Assembly: GCA_047495785.1 (NCBI GenBank)
Contig: JBLDXI010000032.1
Location: 3,906,001-3,970,000 of the forward strand
Reading direction: 5' to 3'
Length of the DNA: 64,000 nt
From: Lepidodermella squamata
Lineage: Eukaryota > Animalia > Gastrotricha
The position numbers and the translations under genes are program-made. The notes beneath the pieces were generated by a model, which saw only the letters and a list, made by a program, of their open reading frames with translations, had not been told where the DNA came from and ran no database searches. This document shows, piece after piece, positions 24,587 through 36,509 of this stretch (within the stretch, counting starts at the first letter, position 1; each line of letters starts with the position of its first letter).

Positions 24587-27500
24587 ATGTTTGCCACCTC
24601 TAACCTAAGGCGGCAACTCGTTGCGCTTTTGAAGCGCAACTGGTTGCTGAAAAGGCGCGAACCTCTTCAGACACTATTCGTAAGCTGAGAAATATTGCTT
24701 GAAATATTTTAAATGTATTTTTTGTTTAGGAAATCGTAATCCCTGTGTTCATTTTTGTGGCGGTTGCGTTCGCTGTGGATAGATTAAAACCGGTAAAAAT
24801 CAAGGCATTGCCCCCGAACTCGACAATCGAGTATGAGCCTGTTGAACTGAACTTTACTGGTACCTATAATCGACCTGGCATGGTTCTACTGATTGTGAAT
24901 ACGAAAAGCACCATGAAACGGATAAGAGTTTTCGAAAAATTCAAGCAGATACTCGGACCTAATGCAAATGTCGATTTAGCCAGTGGATCTGAGGATCCAG
25001 TAAAATCAGCTCGTGCCCTGAAGAGGCGTTATTTAAGGGAACGAAAAAAGGCAAGGGATCAGAGCTACTTACCTGTGGGCGTTGTCATCGACCTGGATCA
25101 GGATATGCAGAAGAAGGCGATGACCCAGGGAAACGCCATGAATTTGCCTGGTTTCGACATAATGAACATGTTCGGCTTTTATAGTTATCAAATCGTATTA
25201 GCCGAGCCTGATTTACCCCCTCTACCGGCTTCCTTTCTGGACTTATCTGATTCGAGTTGCCTACCAGGGGATATAAAGATTCCGCTGACGAAGGTTGACC
25301 CTAAAAAACTCAGTGTTTCAAAATGTGCGGCGATGTATTATTCGAACACCGGGTTTTTGCACCTACAGAACGCCGTTCATCGCTCGATTCTTGCCGTTGA
25401 TGCCCAAATGGACCAGGACTTTCTCGCGCAATCGCTCAAGTGGCAAATGTTGCCGCGTACTACCAAATCCGACGATATAATGCTCCGTTCAGACAACGAT
25501 TTGACGAAAACCTACTCATCTTTTACCGTCTACCTAGCTGGTATTGCTGTGATCAATTTATTCTCGGCTCTTGTTGCCGGCGCCGTTACCGAGAAGGAAA
25601 AAGGCGTCAAAGAAACGATGCTGCTCATGGGAATGAATAATTTGATATGGAAAATGTCCTGGTTTATCGTTTATTTCGCCGAAATTCTCTTCGTCAGCTG
25701 CCTGTCAACACTGGTCGCATATCTTCAAGGCCTAATGCCGGGTACTACTGCTGGCGTGTTTTTTATTCTTCTCTCATCATACGGGTTCGCCCTCGTTTGT
25801 TTTGGTCTTCTCCTGATCACATTCTTCAGCACGGTAAGCTACCTTAAATTTTTCACTTCAAAAACTTGAGCAAAATTGTCGTTTTGTATTTCAGGCCAGA
25901 GGAGCTGCTACCGCAACCAGTTTCGTTTTCGTCGTTCTCGGCCTGCCTTACATCATTGTCCGGCTTGCTACGATGTTTTCACGGAAGACCGTGCCTATGG
26001 TGGCCTTCTACCTACTCAGCTTTCTGTTTCCATTCGCCTTTCAACGCGGTATGGATTTGTTGATAGATAACGGCAAATCGTTCGGAACGACTGATATCAC
26101 CGTTTGGGCGATGGTTCTCATGCTAATTTTAGACGGCAGTGTCTACTTGTTAATCGGCATGTTGGTCGACTATTTGCCGGGCATTATCTCGGATTACAAG
26201 TTGTCGCGGAAGAGCCATCACAAAGTCGCTGATGTGATGAAAAGTGGTGATGACAACAAGGCAGATGATGAATTCACTCGGAATGTCGAGTATGACCCGT
26301 CGTTGGAAACTCGCCGCGCTATTGTCATCAGCGGTTTGACTAAAACGTACCACCGCGCTAGTATGGGCCTGCCCGGGCAAGAACGGCCGCTGACAGCCGT
26401 AGATAACCTCTCGCTGACGATATACGGCGGGCAAATTACGTGTCTGCTGGGGCACAACGGCGCCGGCAAGACGACCCTAATTCGCATTTTGACAGGCTCG
26501 CTGAAGGACTACGCCGGCAGCGTGAACATTTTCAACTGGCAAGTCGAGAGCTCGCGCGACATCGAAGACCTACGGCGCGACATTGGCGTGTGCTCGCAGC
26601 AGAACACGCTGCTCGACAGCATGACGTGCGCCGAGCACCTCAACTTTGTCCTCGAGATGAAAAGCGACCTGACGCCCGGCGAGCGCGACGCCATTGTCCG
26701 CGAAACAATGGCGCTTGTGTCGCTCTCGGACCGGGCCAACACCTACGCTGTGCGGCTCAGCGGAGGCGAGAAGCGCAAGCTCTGCCTCGCAATGGCGATC
26801 ATCGCCCGGCCGAAGCTGCTCTTCCTCGACGAGCCGACCGCCGGCGTCGACGTGTACTGCCGTCGCCAAATCTGGGACGTGCTCACGCAGTACAAACAGG
26901 CGGACCGGGTCGTGCTGTTGACGACGCATTACATGGACGAGGCGGATATGCTGGCGGACCGCAAGGCGCTGATGCACAGGGGCAAATTGTACTCGGCCGG
27001 CTCGTCCATGTTTTTGCGCCAACGCTTCGGCTGCGGCTACCGGCTGACAGTTGAGCTAGATCCGAATCAGACTGATGAGGCGAAAATCGCCGAAATAACC
27101 GCTGCCCTGCGAAATGTGATGCCGGCGATTGCGCAGATGGATAGCGAGCGCTCACGCTCTGAACTCGTCTACGCGTTGCCGACGGGCGAAGAAAACATGG
27201 GTGAATTGCTTGGGCTTCTACGCTTTCTCGAGTCAGATCAGACGCAACTCGCCCGCTACGGCGTGTTGTGCTACGGCTGGTCGATAGCCACACTTGATGA
27301 GGTTTTTATGAAGCTTGAAGAGGAAGTGGCTGAGCTCGATCATGAGCTTGATGCGAAACACAGCCCCGCCTCGGAAAAACGTGTTTTCTTCTTCAAGAAG
27401 AAGCTAAACAACCTAGAAGTTGCTGAGGTAGTGCAGCAAAAACCATCAACTGATTCGAAGAAAAGCAGCCACATCCCGCCGCCGATTTCCTTCCAGGGCA

Positions 27501-30500
27501 TTGATGTCCCGGAAGAGTCGCCCAATTCATTCAGACGCCATTACGTTGCAATCCTGTACTTGAGACTGATGCAATCATTGCGAAATTTGAAAATCATTAT
27601 CATGCGGTTTTTCTTCCCGATAATCATCGCCATTGTCGGGTTGTTAATGACCCGGCAGTTATTAGACCGCTTGCTGAATTCGTTGATGGGCGCCGCTGAG
27701 TCGAGTGGGGTTAATAAGACCAGCTTATTCGTGTACCAGCCTTTCATCTACGCGAATGTCAGCTCGGCGTTGACGTCGAAACTGAAAGAAACAATGATGG
27801 ATAAATTGCAGGCGGATGAGACGGGTGATCTTGTCGGGAAAATCGGTACTTTCAGTGGAAATAACGGGCCGTTTTTACTGCTGAAAAATATGACGCAAAA
27901 TTCAACGGCGGCAAATGCGATTGCGGGTTACATCGATATTATGACTAGTTCGTTCATGTCAACGGCGAATGGTGCGGATTTGATGTCTTCATCGCTGGTC
28001 GATGTCGTGGAGCGGTACGGCTCGAAAATTGGCGCGTATTTCGATATTAATGAGGCTGGAATTGTAAGTCTGATTTTTCGCGTCACCCGTAAATGCACCG
28101 AATTTTCTCCAATGTTGTATCAGCGCTATGAAGTTGATGATGACGATGATGGAATTGTAAGCATTCAGTGCAGTGGTATAGTAGCCTCATTTTGAGTTTT
28201 CTTGTCATCACAGCGAAATGTAACGTTGACTTTTAATGATGACGATGATGGACCTGTGAGTCCCATTTGAGTTTAATCAGCCCTTATTCGAAGCTTCTCG
28301 TGTTTTAGTACACTGTGACTGTCAATTTAACTGGCAATTTCACTGACGATGTAACTGACAATGTAACTGGCAATGTAACCTATCACAGGAAATGGATATA
28401 CAAGCGTGAAGTCAGAGTACGAAATCAAAAAATATATTTTACCATAAATTTATAATTTAACCGCCTTAACCTGAAGACCATAACTGAAGTCAGATCAGCG
28501 GATAATTCATCTGTTCGTCAATTATAGTGAACAATATAGTATAAACGCTCTAAAAATATGCTAAACAGCTGCTTAAGCTAAAACGCTAACTTGAATATAA
28601 TATCTAACAAAAGCCTTGCTAACATTTGCATTTTTGTCATCAATTCAGGTCGAGGAAAAGCTCTTGTTTAGCCACACCGCTATTCACGCGCTACCGAGTT
28701 TGCTGGCCTACGCACATTCGATGGATGCCGCGAAAGAGGGTTTCGTCCCGATCTTCCTACCGTTCCTGCAATCATTCACATCAGCATCGCGAGAACTCGT
28801 CATTCAAGCCTACACCTCCAATTTCATCTTCACCCTGTTGTTTGGAATTCATATTCTCACAATTCTGCCATCGCTCGGTTTCGACATAGTTCGCGATCGG
28901 GAAACAGGGTGTTCTACTCAAATTCAACTGGCCGGAATTTCGAAAGCCGCTTACTGGTTGGGGTCATTCACCGTCGATGCGTCTGAATACATGATATTCC
29001 TGCTGTTCTTCCTTCTCGGCGCAACGTTGTTCGATGTTTATTCGCTGTCGTTCGCCGGCGCGAAATATGCGTTTTTGGTGTATATCCTGACGGTCGTGCC
29101 GGCTAATGTGCTGATGGTCTACACAATCGCCATGTTGTTCAAGAGTTTCAGAATCTTCTCCACCATCGTCACACTGGTTGCATCGACGACCGGCTTTTTC
29201 CCGTTCCTCGGCGTCTTCTTCTGGTCGATCTCTTTCGTCATTCCAACGGGCACTGGCATCCAATCTCCAAGCTCAAATTTGAGATTCGACGAGACCTTTC
29301 AATCAGTGATCGCCACTCTTTGTTTCTGCTTCCCGGCGTTCAACGCCGCCGCTGGAGTTTTCTTGATCGCCTTCGTTTCCCAGCCGAATATCGCGACTTG
29401 CGAACTGCCGACTCCTGATATTGAACAGTACTTCAGTGACACAATTCTAAGATATGTTTGGACCGCCTCCATTGTACATGTCTGCGTGTTTGCATCTGCG
29501 ATAACTATCCACCAAAATCGCAGTCGAATCGCGGCGTTTCTCCGCCTCAAAGGCGGGCTGTTCCGATTGTTACGCAAACAGGCCTACCTGAAAAGTCGTC
29601 ATTTCGCTAATGGCGGCGCGCAAAACGCCGGTTTCGAGGGAGATCGACATCGCGCTGAGGAGGATGATGATGTCATAACTGAGCGACGGGATGTTTACGA
29701 CTTAGCGAGTGCGCCGCTTCGCACTGATCAAACCGCGCCTTACGTTTGCGAGGCTCGTAAAGTCTACACGACGTTCTGCCGCGACTGCAAGCCTGTCGAG
29801 CCGAAATGCGCCGTCGAAGATGTTTCGTTCAAGCTGAATTACGGCCAGGTATTCGGCTTATTAGGACCGAACGGGGCTGGAAAAACCACCTTAATTAAAA
29901 TGATTACTGGGTCCGAAAATCCGACATCGGGCGCTATTTTCTCGCGAGGCTCTACCTCGCTTGGTTACTGCCCGCAAGACAACGTGCTATGGGACCAGTT
30001 GACCGGCGAAGAGCACGTGTTCATCTATGCGTACTCGCGAGGTTTCTCGAAAAAACAACGCATTGAGTTGACGAAACGTCTGGGCGAAGGCCTCGGAATT
30101 AGCAGCCACCTTGTCAAGCAAACTCGGGTGATGAGTGGCGGCACGAAGCGGAAGTTGAACGTTGCGCTCAGTTTGTTGGGCCGACCGTCTGTGCTGTGCC
30201 TAGACGAGCCGTCGGCTGGCATGGATCCGGGCTCTAAACGGTTTTTGTGGCGAGTTGTGAAGCAAATCTTCGCCCATCAAAACGCAGATTGGAACATTGC
30301 GGCTTTGCTGACCACCCATCACTTGGACGAAGCCGAAGCTCTATGTCATCGAATTGCGATAATGGTCAACGGTGTTTTGCGTTGCATTGGCTCGAGGCAG
30401 CATTTGAAGACGAAATACGGCCGTTACTACACGTTGGAGATAAAGGTGGGCAGCGACCAGCTGATGACAGACTCAGGTGCTACGGGTTTGATTGATTTCA

Positions 30501-30800
30501 TCGATAAATTGCTGCCGGATTTGATGCCTACATCGACGGGCGAACATCAAGCACCGCAGCTGATCAATAATTTCGGGCGTCATTTCGTTTTTCGCATTCC
30601 GAGTTGCCGAGTTCGGTCACTAGCGAAAATTTTCGGCGACCTCGAGACGGCCAAACGCACCGGCTCGTTTTCCTCGTACAGTTTCAGCCAAGTTTCACTT
30701 GAACAGGTTTGTTCTACATCTTTCATGCTAGAATCCGCCTTACTTTTTGTGTTTTTTTCAGATTTTCATTCAATTTGCGAAAGAGCAATACGAGGAATAA
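24587..30800 (+). CDS. Full-length ABCA-subfamily lipid transporter (TMD1-NBD1-TMD2-NBD2)
   Basis: Exons 24587-24679, 24730-25833, 25895-28063, micro-exons 28124-28156, 28214-28255, 28309-28416, then 28649-30706 and 30762-30800. Motifs: QLVALLKRNWLLKRR, EKEKGVKE, GHNGAGKTT, LSGGEKRKL, LDEPTAGVD, GPNGAGKTT, SGGTKRKL, SLEQIFIQFAK. Confidence 0.93.
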
Positions 30801-31867
30801 GACAGTTTTTATACGCAGCTCTTTCTGTCTGCAATTCGTTAGGTATTTGACCATCATCAACATCAAGACAAGTGCAATCTCATTATTTTACCTCTCCGTT
30901 GTTGCATAATGTGGCTTATCACTTCGAGAGCGATACTCAGAGCAATCCATGATTCATTTATACCAAAGTTGTATTCTCGGTCTTATATCTTTTTTCAGTA
31001 TTACATTCGAAGATAACTATATTATGCATTCCGAATTTTTTCGATGTGTTACTCGAGTTTTATTAGTACTATTTGGGCAATACTCGTATGGAGGAATCTA
31101 CTGATGCAAAATTGAAGCCAAAGTCGTGTTGTGCTAAGTCTTCTCGACTCAGAGTCTGTATGATCATTGTCAACTTCTCAGTTTGAACTTTGCCGGTAAA
31201 TCTCTATCCAATTATCAATAATACTTTGTCGGATGGATCAGGCGCTCTTTTCCCCACCCGATTTTTATTATCGCATGCTTCCGTAAAATATTTACAAGTG
31301 TTAACGGAAATGAAAAATACTTTATGCAAATGTATTGTGAATATTTATGATCCTTTACTCACTGAGCTGGTACTGCTGCGCTATTTCTGCTGGTATTCGG
31401 TGTTTGTTTCTCTAAAAACTACGCCTTTCTCTTCAGAATTATGTATCATAGCCTTATCTTTTTCTAAAAATATGCAGGATTTATCGTTAACAATACCGAT
31501 ATACTTATTTACGTGACAAGGTTTCTTATTCTTCTTCTTATAACGTGAAATTCCTAAAATGTGGTTGTTATTATTATTATTAATATCATGAAAACCGTGG
31601 GTTTCGATACGGGCAAAAATTATTCGCATTATTTGTTGAAATTTATGAAAAGGTTGCACACATCGACATTTGGAAAAAAAGAAGACATCACGGAGCTGAT
31701 CGAACGCTGTTATTTCAATTTCTGATTTCTTGTGTATATGGAAAATTCCGCGTATATTGTTTTGAGAATCTCTATTTATTTGGCCAAATAAAAGTATCTG
31801 CACGTGGTGTAAAATATTTACATGTTGAAAATTTGTTATCTTTAGGGTGTAAGAAGAAGATATAAAA

Positions 31868-33168
31868 ATGTCTCTCGGAAAATGCATGAGCCCGAACTGC
31901 GAGAAGACTGCGCCGACGTTGCAATGTCCGACTTGCATCAAATTGGGCATTCCCGGTTCATTTTTCTGCTCGCAGGAGTGCTTCAAATCGAATTGGAGTG
32001 AGCACAAGGAATTGCATAAAAAAGCGAGTTGGTTTGATGAAAATAGTAAGGCACAATTTTATGTTGTAATATTCTGCAGGAGATGCTGATATCACTACTA
32101 TGATATCAAATCTGAGCACCCGGGATCCGAACCAGGTGTACTGGGACGATTTCTCCTTCACCGGAGCTCTGCGGCCTTACAAGTTATCCGCACCCCGGTT
32201 GGTTCCGTCGCACATTCAGCGGCCGGATTACGCCGATCACCCCGAAGGCCGGTCGATAAGCGAAGAACAGGACCGTGCTAGCCACGAAATCATCCAACTA
32301 ACCGATGAAGAAATCGAAGGCTGCCGAGTTGCCGGCAAATTGGCCCGCGAGTGTCTGGACGAAACGGCACAAGCGATCGAACCGGGCGTCACCACGGATG
32401 AGCTCGATCGTATATGCCACGAAGCGGCTGTCGAACGCGAATGCTACCCGTCGCCGCTGAATTACTACAAATTTCCGAAATCTTGCTGCACCTCGGTGAA
32501 CGAAGTTATTTGCCACGGAATTCCTGACATGAGACCGCTGGTGAACGGCGATATTTGCAACGTTGACGTTACAGTGTACCATCGCGGATTTCACGGTGAT
32601 TTGAACGAGACGATGTTTGTAGGCAGTGTTGATGAGGAATCTCAGCGCCTTGTCCGCTGTGCCTACGAGTGCTTGCAGGAGGGCATTAAAATGGTTAAAC
32701 CTGGAGCGAAATACCGTGACATTGGCGAGGTTGTTCAACGAAAGGCTCACGAGTACGGATTCTCAGTGGTGAAAAGGTACACCGGTCATGGCTGTCATCG
32801 ACTCTTCCATTGCGCGCCCACTGTACCTCATTATGCGAGTAAGTACATTCGAAAATTCTTAAGGAGGATTTTTATATAAAAATTTGTTCATCTTATAATT
32901 TTTTCTTTTTATAGAAAATAAAGCGCTGGGTGTAATGAAACCTGGTCACATTTTTACGATTGAACCGATGATCAACGCTGGAAACTGGCGCGATGTAACG
33001 TGGCCCGATGATTGGACGGCCGTTTCTCAAGATGGAAAACGCTCGGCTCAGTTCGAGCAAACGATGCTAGTCACCGAAACCGGTGTCGAGGTTTTGACGC
33101 GTCGGCGTGCCAACAACGGCCGGCCGCACTTCGAGGACCAACTCGCTAAAATGGGAAAGAAATACTAA
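31868..33168 (+). CDS. METAP1: Methionine aminopeptidase 1
   Basis: Exons 31868-32027, 32080-32838, 32915-33168. N-terminal zinc finger (LQCPTC...FCSQECFK), [22 protein letters not shown]...[25 protein letters not shown]. Confidence 0.97.
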
Positions 33169-33336
33169 CAGATCGAAACAAATTTCGAAAATATATGTTC
33201 GGCTCATATTTTGTGTGTCCCAATATTCTAGTGTGTGCTTTGCACGTTGGGTACCGAGCAACAAATTCTGTTGAAACACGCTTTATCGCAAAGAATAAAT
33301 AAAAGAAAGTAATAACATACACAGTTTGGAGATTTA

Positions 33337-33831
33337 TTAAAAATTGTTCAATGCCATGACGTATAAAATTGAAAAGAGAGTCAACAATATCACCGCGATC
33401 GTTTGAGGTATTGGTGGCATTGCTGAATTGCAAAAATCGCCAGATCGACAGCAGTAGATGTAAAGACTCGAAGCTGATCCAACATTAGTGATTTCTCCTT
33501 TGTAGCATTGCAGCGTGCAACCTCTCGAGACGACTGTTTCATTCAAGATATTTTTCTAAAGAAAAACGGGGCAGTTCCAGCTGGATTCATGGTTAAATGC
33601 GAGCTTTCGAACCTACATAGCAATATTGAGTCGATGTACAGGTGTAAAATGAACTGAAGTCACCACTGTCGGACGCCCAGTTGATGTCACCTTCATAACA
33701 CACCAGAGTCGAAACTATGGATGAATAAAAACATTCCTTCTCAGTGAGATAATAGCTGGAAAAATACCCTGAACAAAAAAGCAGCCAGCTAAAACCGCAT
33801 AGACGACTGCATGCGAACGCGTGTCGCACAT
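33337..33831 (-). CDS. Ly6/uPAR three-finger protein, probably GPI-anchored (copy 1)
   Basis: Signal exon (MCDTRSHAVVYAVLAGCFFVQ), then LVCYEG...CTSTQYCY and SRGC...CCRSGDFCN, ending in a hydrophobic tail. Confidence 0.85.
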
Positions 33832-34164
33832 TTCACGCGGATGTTGTAGTGCGGTAGATCGGTGTGACTTTTTTACGCGCCGGTTGAAAAAAACAAGCGA
33901 ACTTCAATACCCAACGAGCCGTTTATAAAAAATGGTTGCTGCGCTGCCCTGTTGATCCGCCATTGTTATGAATTATGACCAACGTTGTTTATGTATAAGC
34001 GTATAGGTAGGTATTAGGTACCGCAGCCAAAAATTGCGTGCACGCAGCTGACAATGCACTTGCAGCTGTAAATTATTTTTTCGAACGCATAAAAAATGGC
34101 GCCAACATGATTTCCTGATTGTAATTTTATTTGGTGCCATTAATCTTTAACCAAAACCCAAATT

Positions 34165-34622
34165 TCACCGATTATGTATGGCTAATAACATTTTCATTGC
34201 TACAGAAGCGTACGTGGGCGAAACTAGCAAATCAAACATAAATAAATAATTTTTTCGTGCCGAGTTGCACATTGAAGTTTGGCAACAGAAAGAGTCTATC
34301 CTAGTATTATCAAATAATGTTTCGCCGCCGTTGTGAAGAACTGTGCCTTCGTCGCAAATAAGGGCGCAAGCTCGTGAATATTGCTTGAACGAACTGCCGT
34401 ATAAACTTGTCACTGATTTTGTGCAGAAGCCGCCCGCAGTCACATTGCAAATTTTCGTTTGATGATACCCGGGAATTAATGTATCACCAGAATAGCATTG
34501 CAGTTGAGCTTTAGAAATAAAAAGGGGTCTCAAATTGGTAAAAATTCGAATTCAGCTCTCCAACCTGAACAGTGTTCAGCCAAAATAGCGAGGATGAACC
34601 ATGTGAGTATTTCCAAGTTCAT
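34165..34622 (-). CDS. Ly6/uPAR three-finger protein (copy 2)
   Basis: Signal exon MNLEILTWFILAILAEHCS, then LQCYSG...C...FCTK...SRACALIC...CCQTSMCN and a hydrophobic tail. Confidence 0.85.
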
Positions 34623-34642
34623 GTTAAATTTTCTAAGATTTA

Positions 34643-35110
34643 TTAGCATAAGTGAATCAAAGAAAGTGTCATCGGTAGAAGAATAGTTAGCAAATGGTTG
34701 CTCCGCCGAGGAAAAGCAAAATTGCAGTCCGTGGTCGAACAGCAGTCAGTTGAAAAGAAAACACCTTCGGCTTCAAGTTTGCCCGTGACGCATCGGTAGC
34801 TACAACCGCGATCGTAATGGATGGAACCATCGCCATAGGTTGTCTCGGTTTTCTGTTGAAATCATGGTAGGGTTTAAAAGTTAACAACAATGTCGTAGAT
34901 TTTACATAGCAATAGCCATATGTTACGAGACATATTCCCTGGGGTACGTTAAGGGTATCGTAGGCTTTACCAAAGTAACATTGCAAAGAAAAGGCTATCA
35001 ATTTCAAATTAATTAAAGCATCGCCCAAAAGATTCCTAAAGAAAACCTGTTGGAATCGCTGAAATTAAAAGAAAAGTTGACAGCGGCAGGGAGTTGCTTT
35101 CACGATTCAT
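34643..35110 (-). CDS. Ly6/uPAR three-finger protein (copy 3)
   Basis: Three exons: MNRESNSLPLSTFLLISAIPT / LQCYFG...ICLVTYGYCY / KTETTYGDGSIHYDRGCSYRC...CCSTTDCN...LLTILLPMTLSLIHLC*. Confidence 0.85.
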
Positions 35111-35429
35111 TTGTTGTTTAACAGTCCTTAGAACTCGGCGAAACTTGTCTACCGGTGCTCGCGGCACTAGTTGCACTTCATCATGCTGCGCGTTCTCCAC
35201 GTGCTTCCGTGCATGTCTAAGAGTGCGAAGCGTTGTTTACAACGTCTAACACCATGCATCGAACATTTCTACCGAAATATTTACAACCCGAATCACCTCC
35301 CGAGTTAGTAAAAACCGAAAATCTGCCAATCTCTGCGTTCACCTGGTAGCTGATTACTTTTGCTCATTTTATGACGTGAGAGCAGCATGACAGATGTCAT
35401 TATTTAAAACACACATTGCTGAAATTGTA

Positions 35430-35850
35430 GGACAAGAGACTACGCGGAAGAAATCCTCAACTCCCGGCTAAGATTGCCCAGCATACCGCATCGTCGTCTT
35501 CGCTATGATGAATGGCGCTCGCGTCAATTGACTGAAGTGATCAAACCGTCGAGTGAAATCCTACGTCTGATGCTGCCTGTTCTGTCATCTGAATGTCAAA
35601 TTTGAATCGCTTTGGTCATGCCGCGATTGACTGCCCCTAAGTAACCCGTTCACATGTGGCTGTTGCACGTAAGCACGTCGCACAAAGGCTGGTAACAACT
35701 TCAACGTCAGAGGTGGTTACTGTTGGTCCACTCTGGCACATGAAGAATTCAGTGAGGTAGGCGGGGCTTTGCGATTGAGTTTTCGGGAAGATAGTTTTAG
35801 CTGCTGCAGTACCATCGCTCGTGACGTTTGGTCACAGTTTTGCCCTCACC
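35430..35850 (+). pseudogene. Possible decayed retroelement gag/ORF1 zinc-knuckle fragment
   Basis: Broken frames give CQI..NRFGHAAIDCP and FTCGCC, resembling CCHC knuckles, with many stops. Confidence 0.25.
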
Positions 35851-36509
35851 ACTGACCAACATACACCTCCGTCTCACCCTTCGCCAAAAAGGGTTGACCA
35901 ATTTTTCCACATTTTCGTAATATGCTGCGACTCGCCCTTGAAATATTTTATATAATGTTATCTCTCATTTGCTATCAATTTAGAAGGAAATACTAATTAT
36001 TTAGTTTACTATTAAAAGGTCAGTAACCTGGAAATGGCGGCAAATCCCGCTCAGCGCGAAAACGCATCACACGATCGATCCGCCGTCAGGTGCCTGAGGC
36101 TCGCATGGAGCTATCCAATCCCCACTGAGTCTCATCTATGCCTTTGGATGATATCAATTATTCGCGTTTAGGAATGAAACGGTAGGCGACAGGCTCACAA
36201 CGGCGGCCTCCGGGTTAAATCGCGGCATACTGAAATCACTGTTTGTAGGGGATGGTCACATGCCACGTGGTCATTTTTTCTAGTGAATTCTTTATTCTTT
36301 CCTATTCAGTTCTTACTTTCTAAATTCTTTCTATTCATCTTATTCAGTAATAGGTTTTGATTTGCTTTCAGCGTTGACCGTTTTGAAGGATTGCTCTGTA
36401 TATGTAATTGACTCATGGTGTTTCAATCTTTTGCATTCTCATTGTTTGGCAGACTTCTGTTAATTATTGAGACTCTATTATTGTCTAGACTATTATTCAT
36501 AGCTTAAAC

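Noticed and set aside
26440-27293. Long overlapping ORFs on alternate frames and strands
   Set aside because: Shadow ORFs caused by the high GC content of the ABCA NBD1 coding sequence.
32021-32079. Apparent GC-AG intron in METAP1 (AAA|GCGAGT)
   Set aside because: The reading frame requires the canonical GTTGGT donor at 32028.
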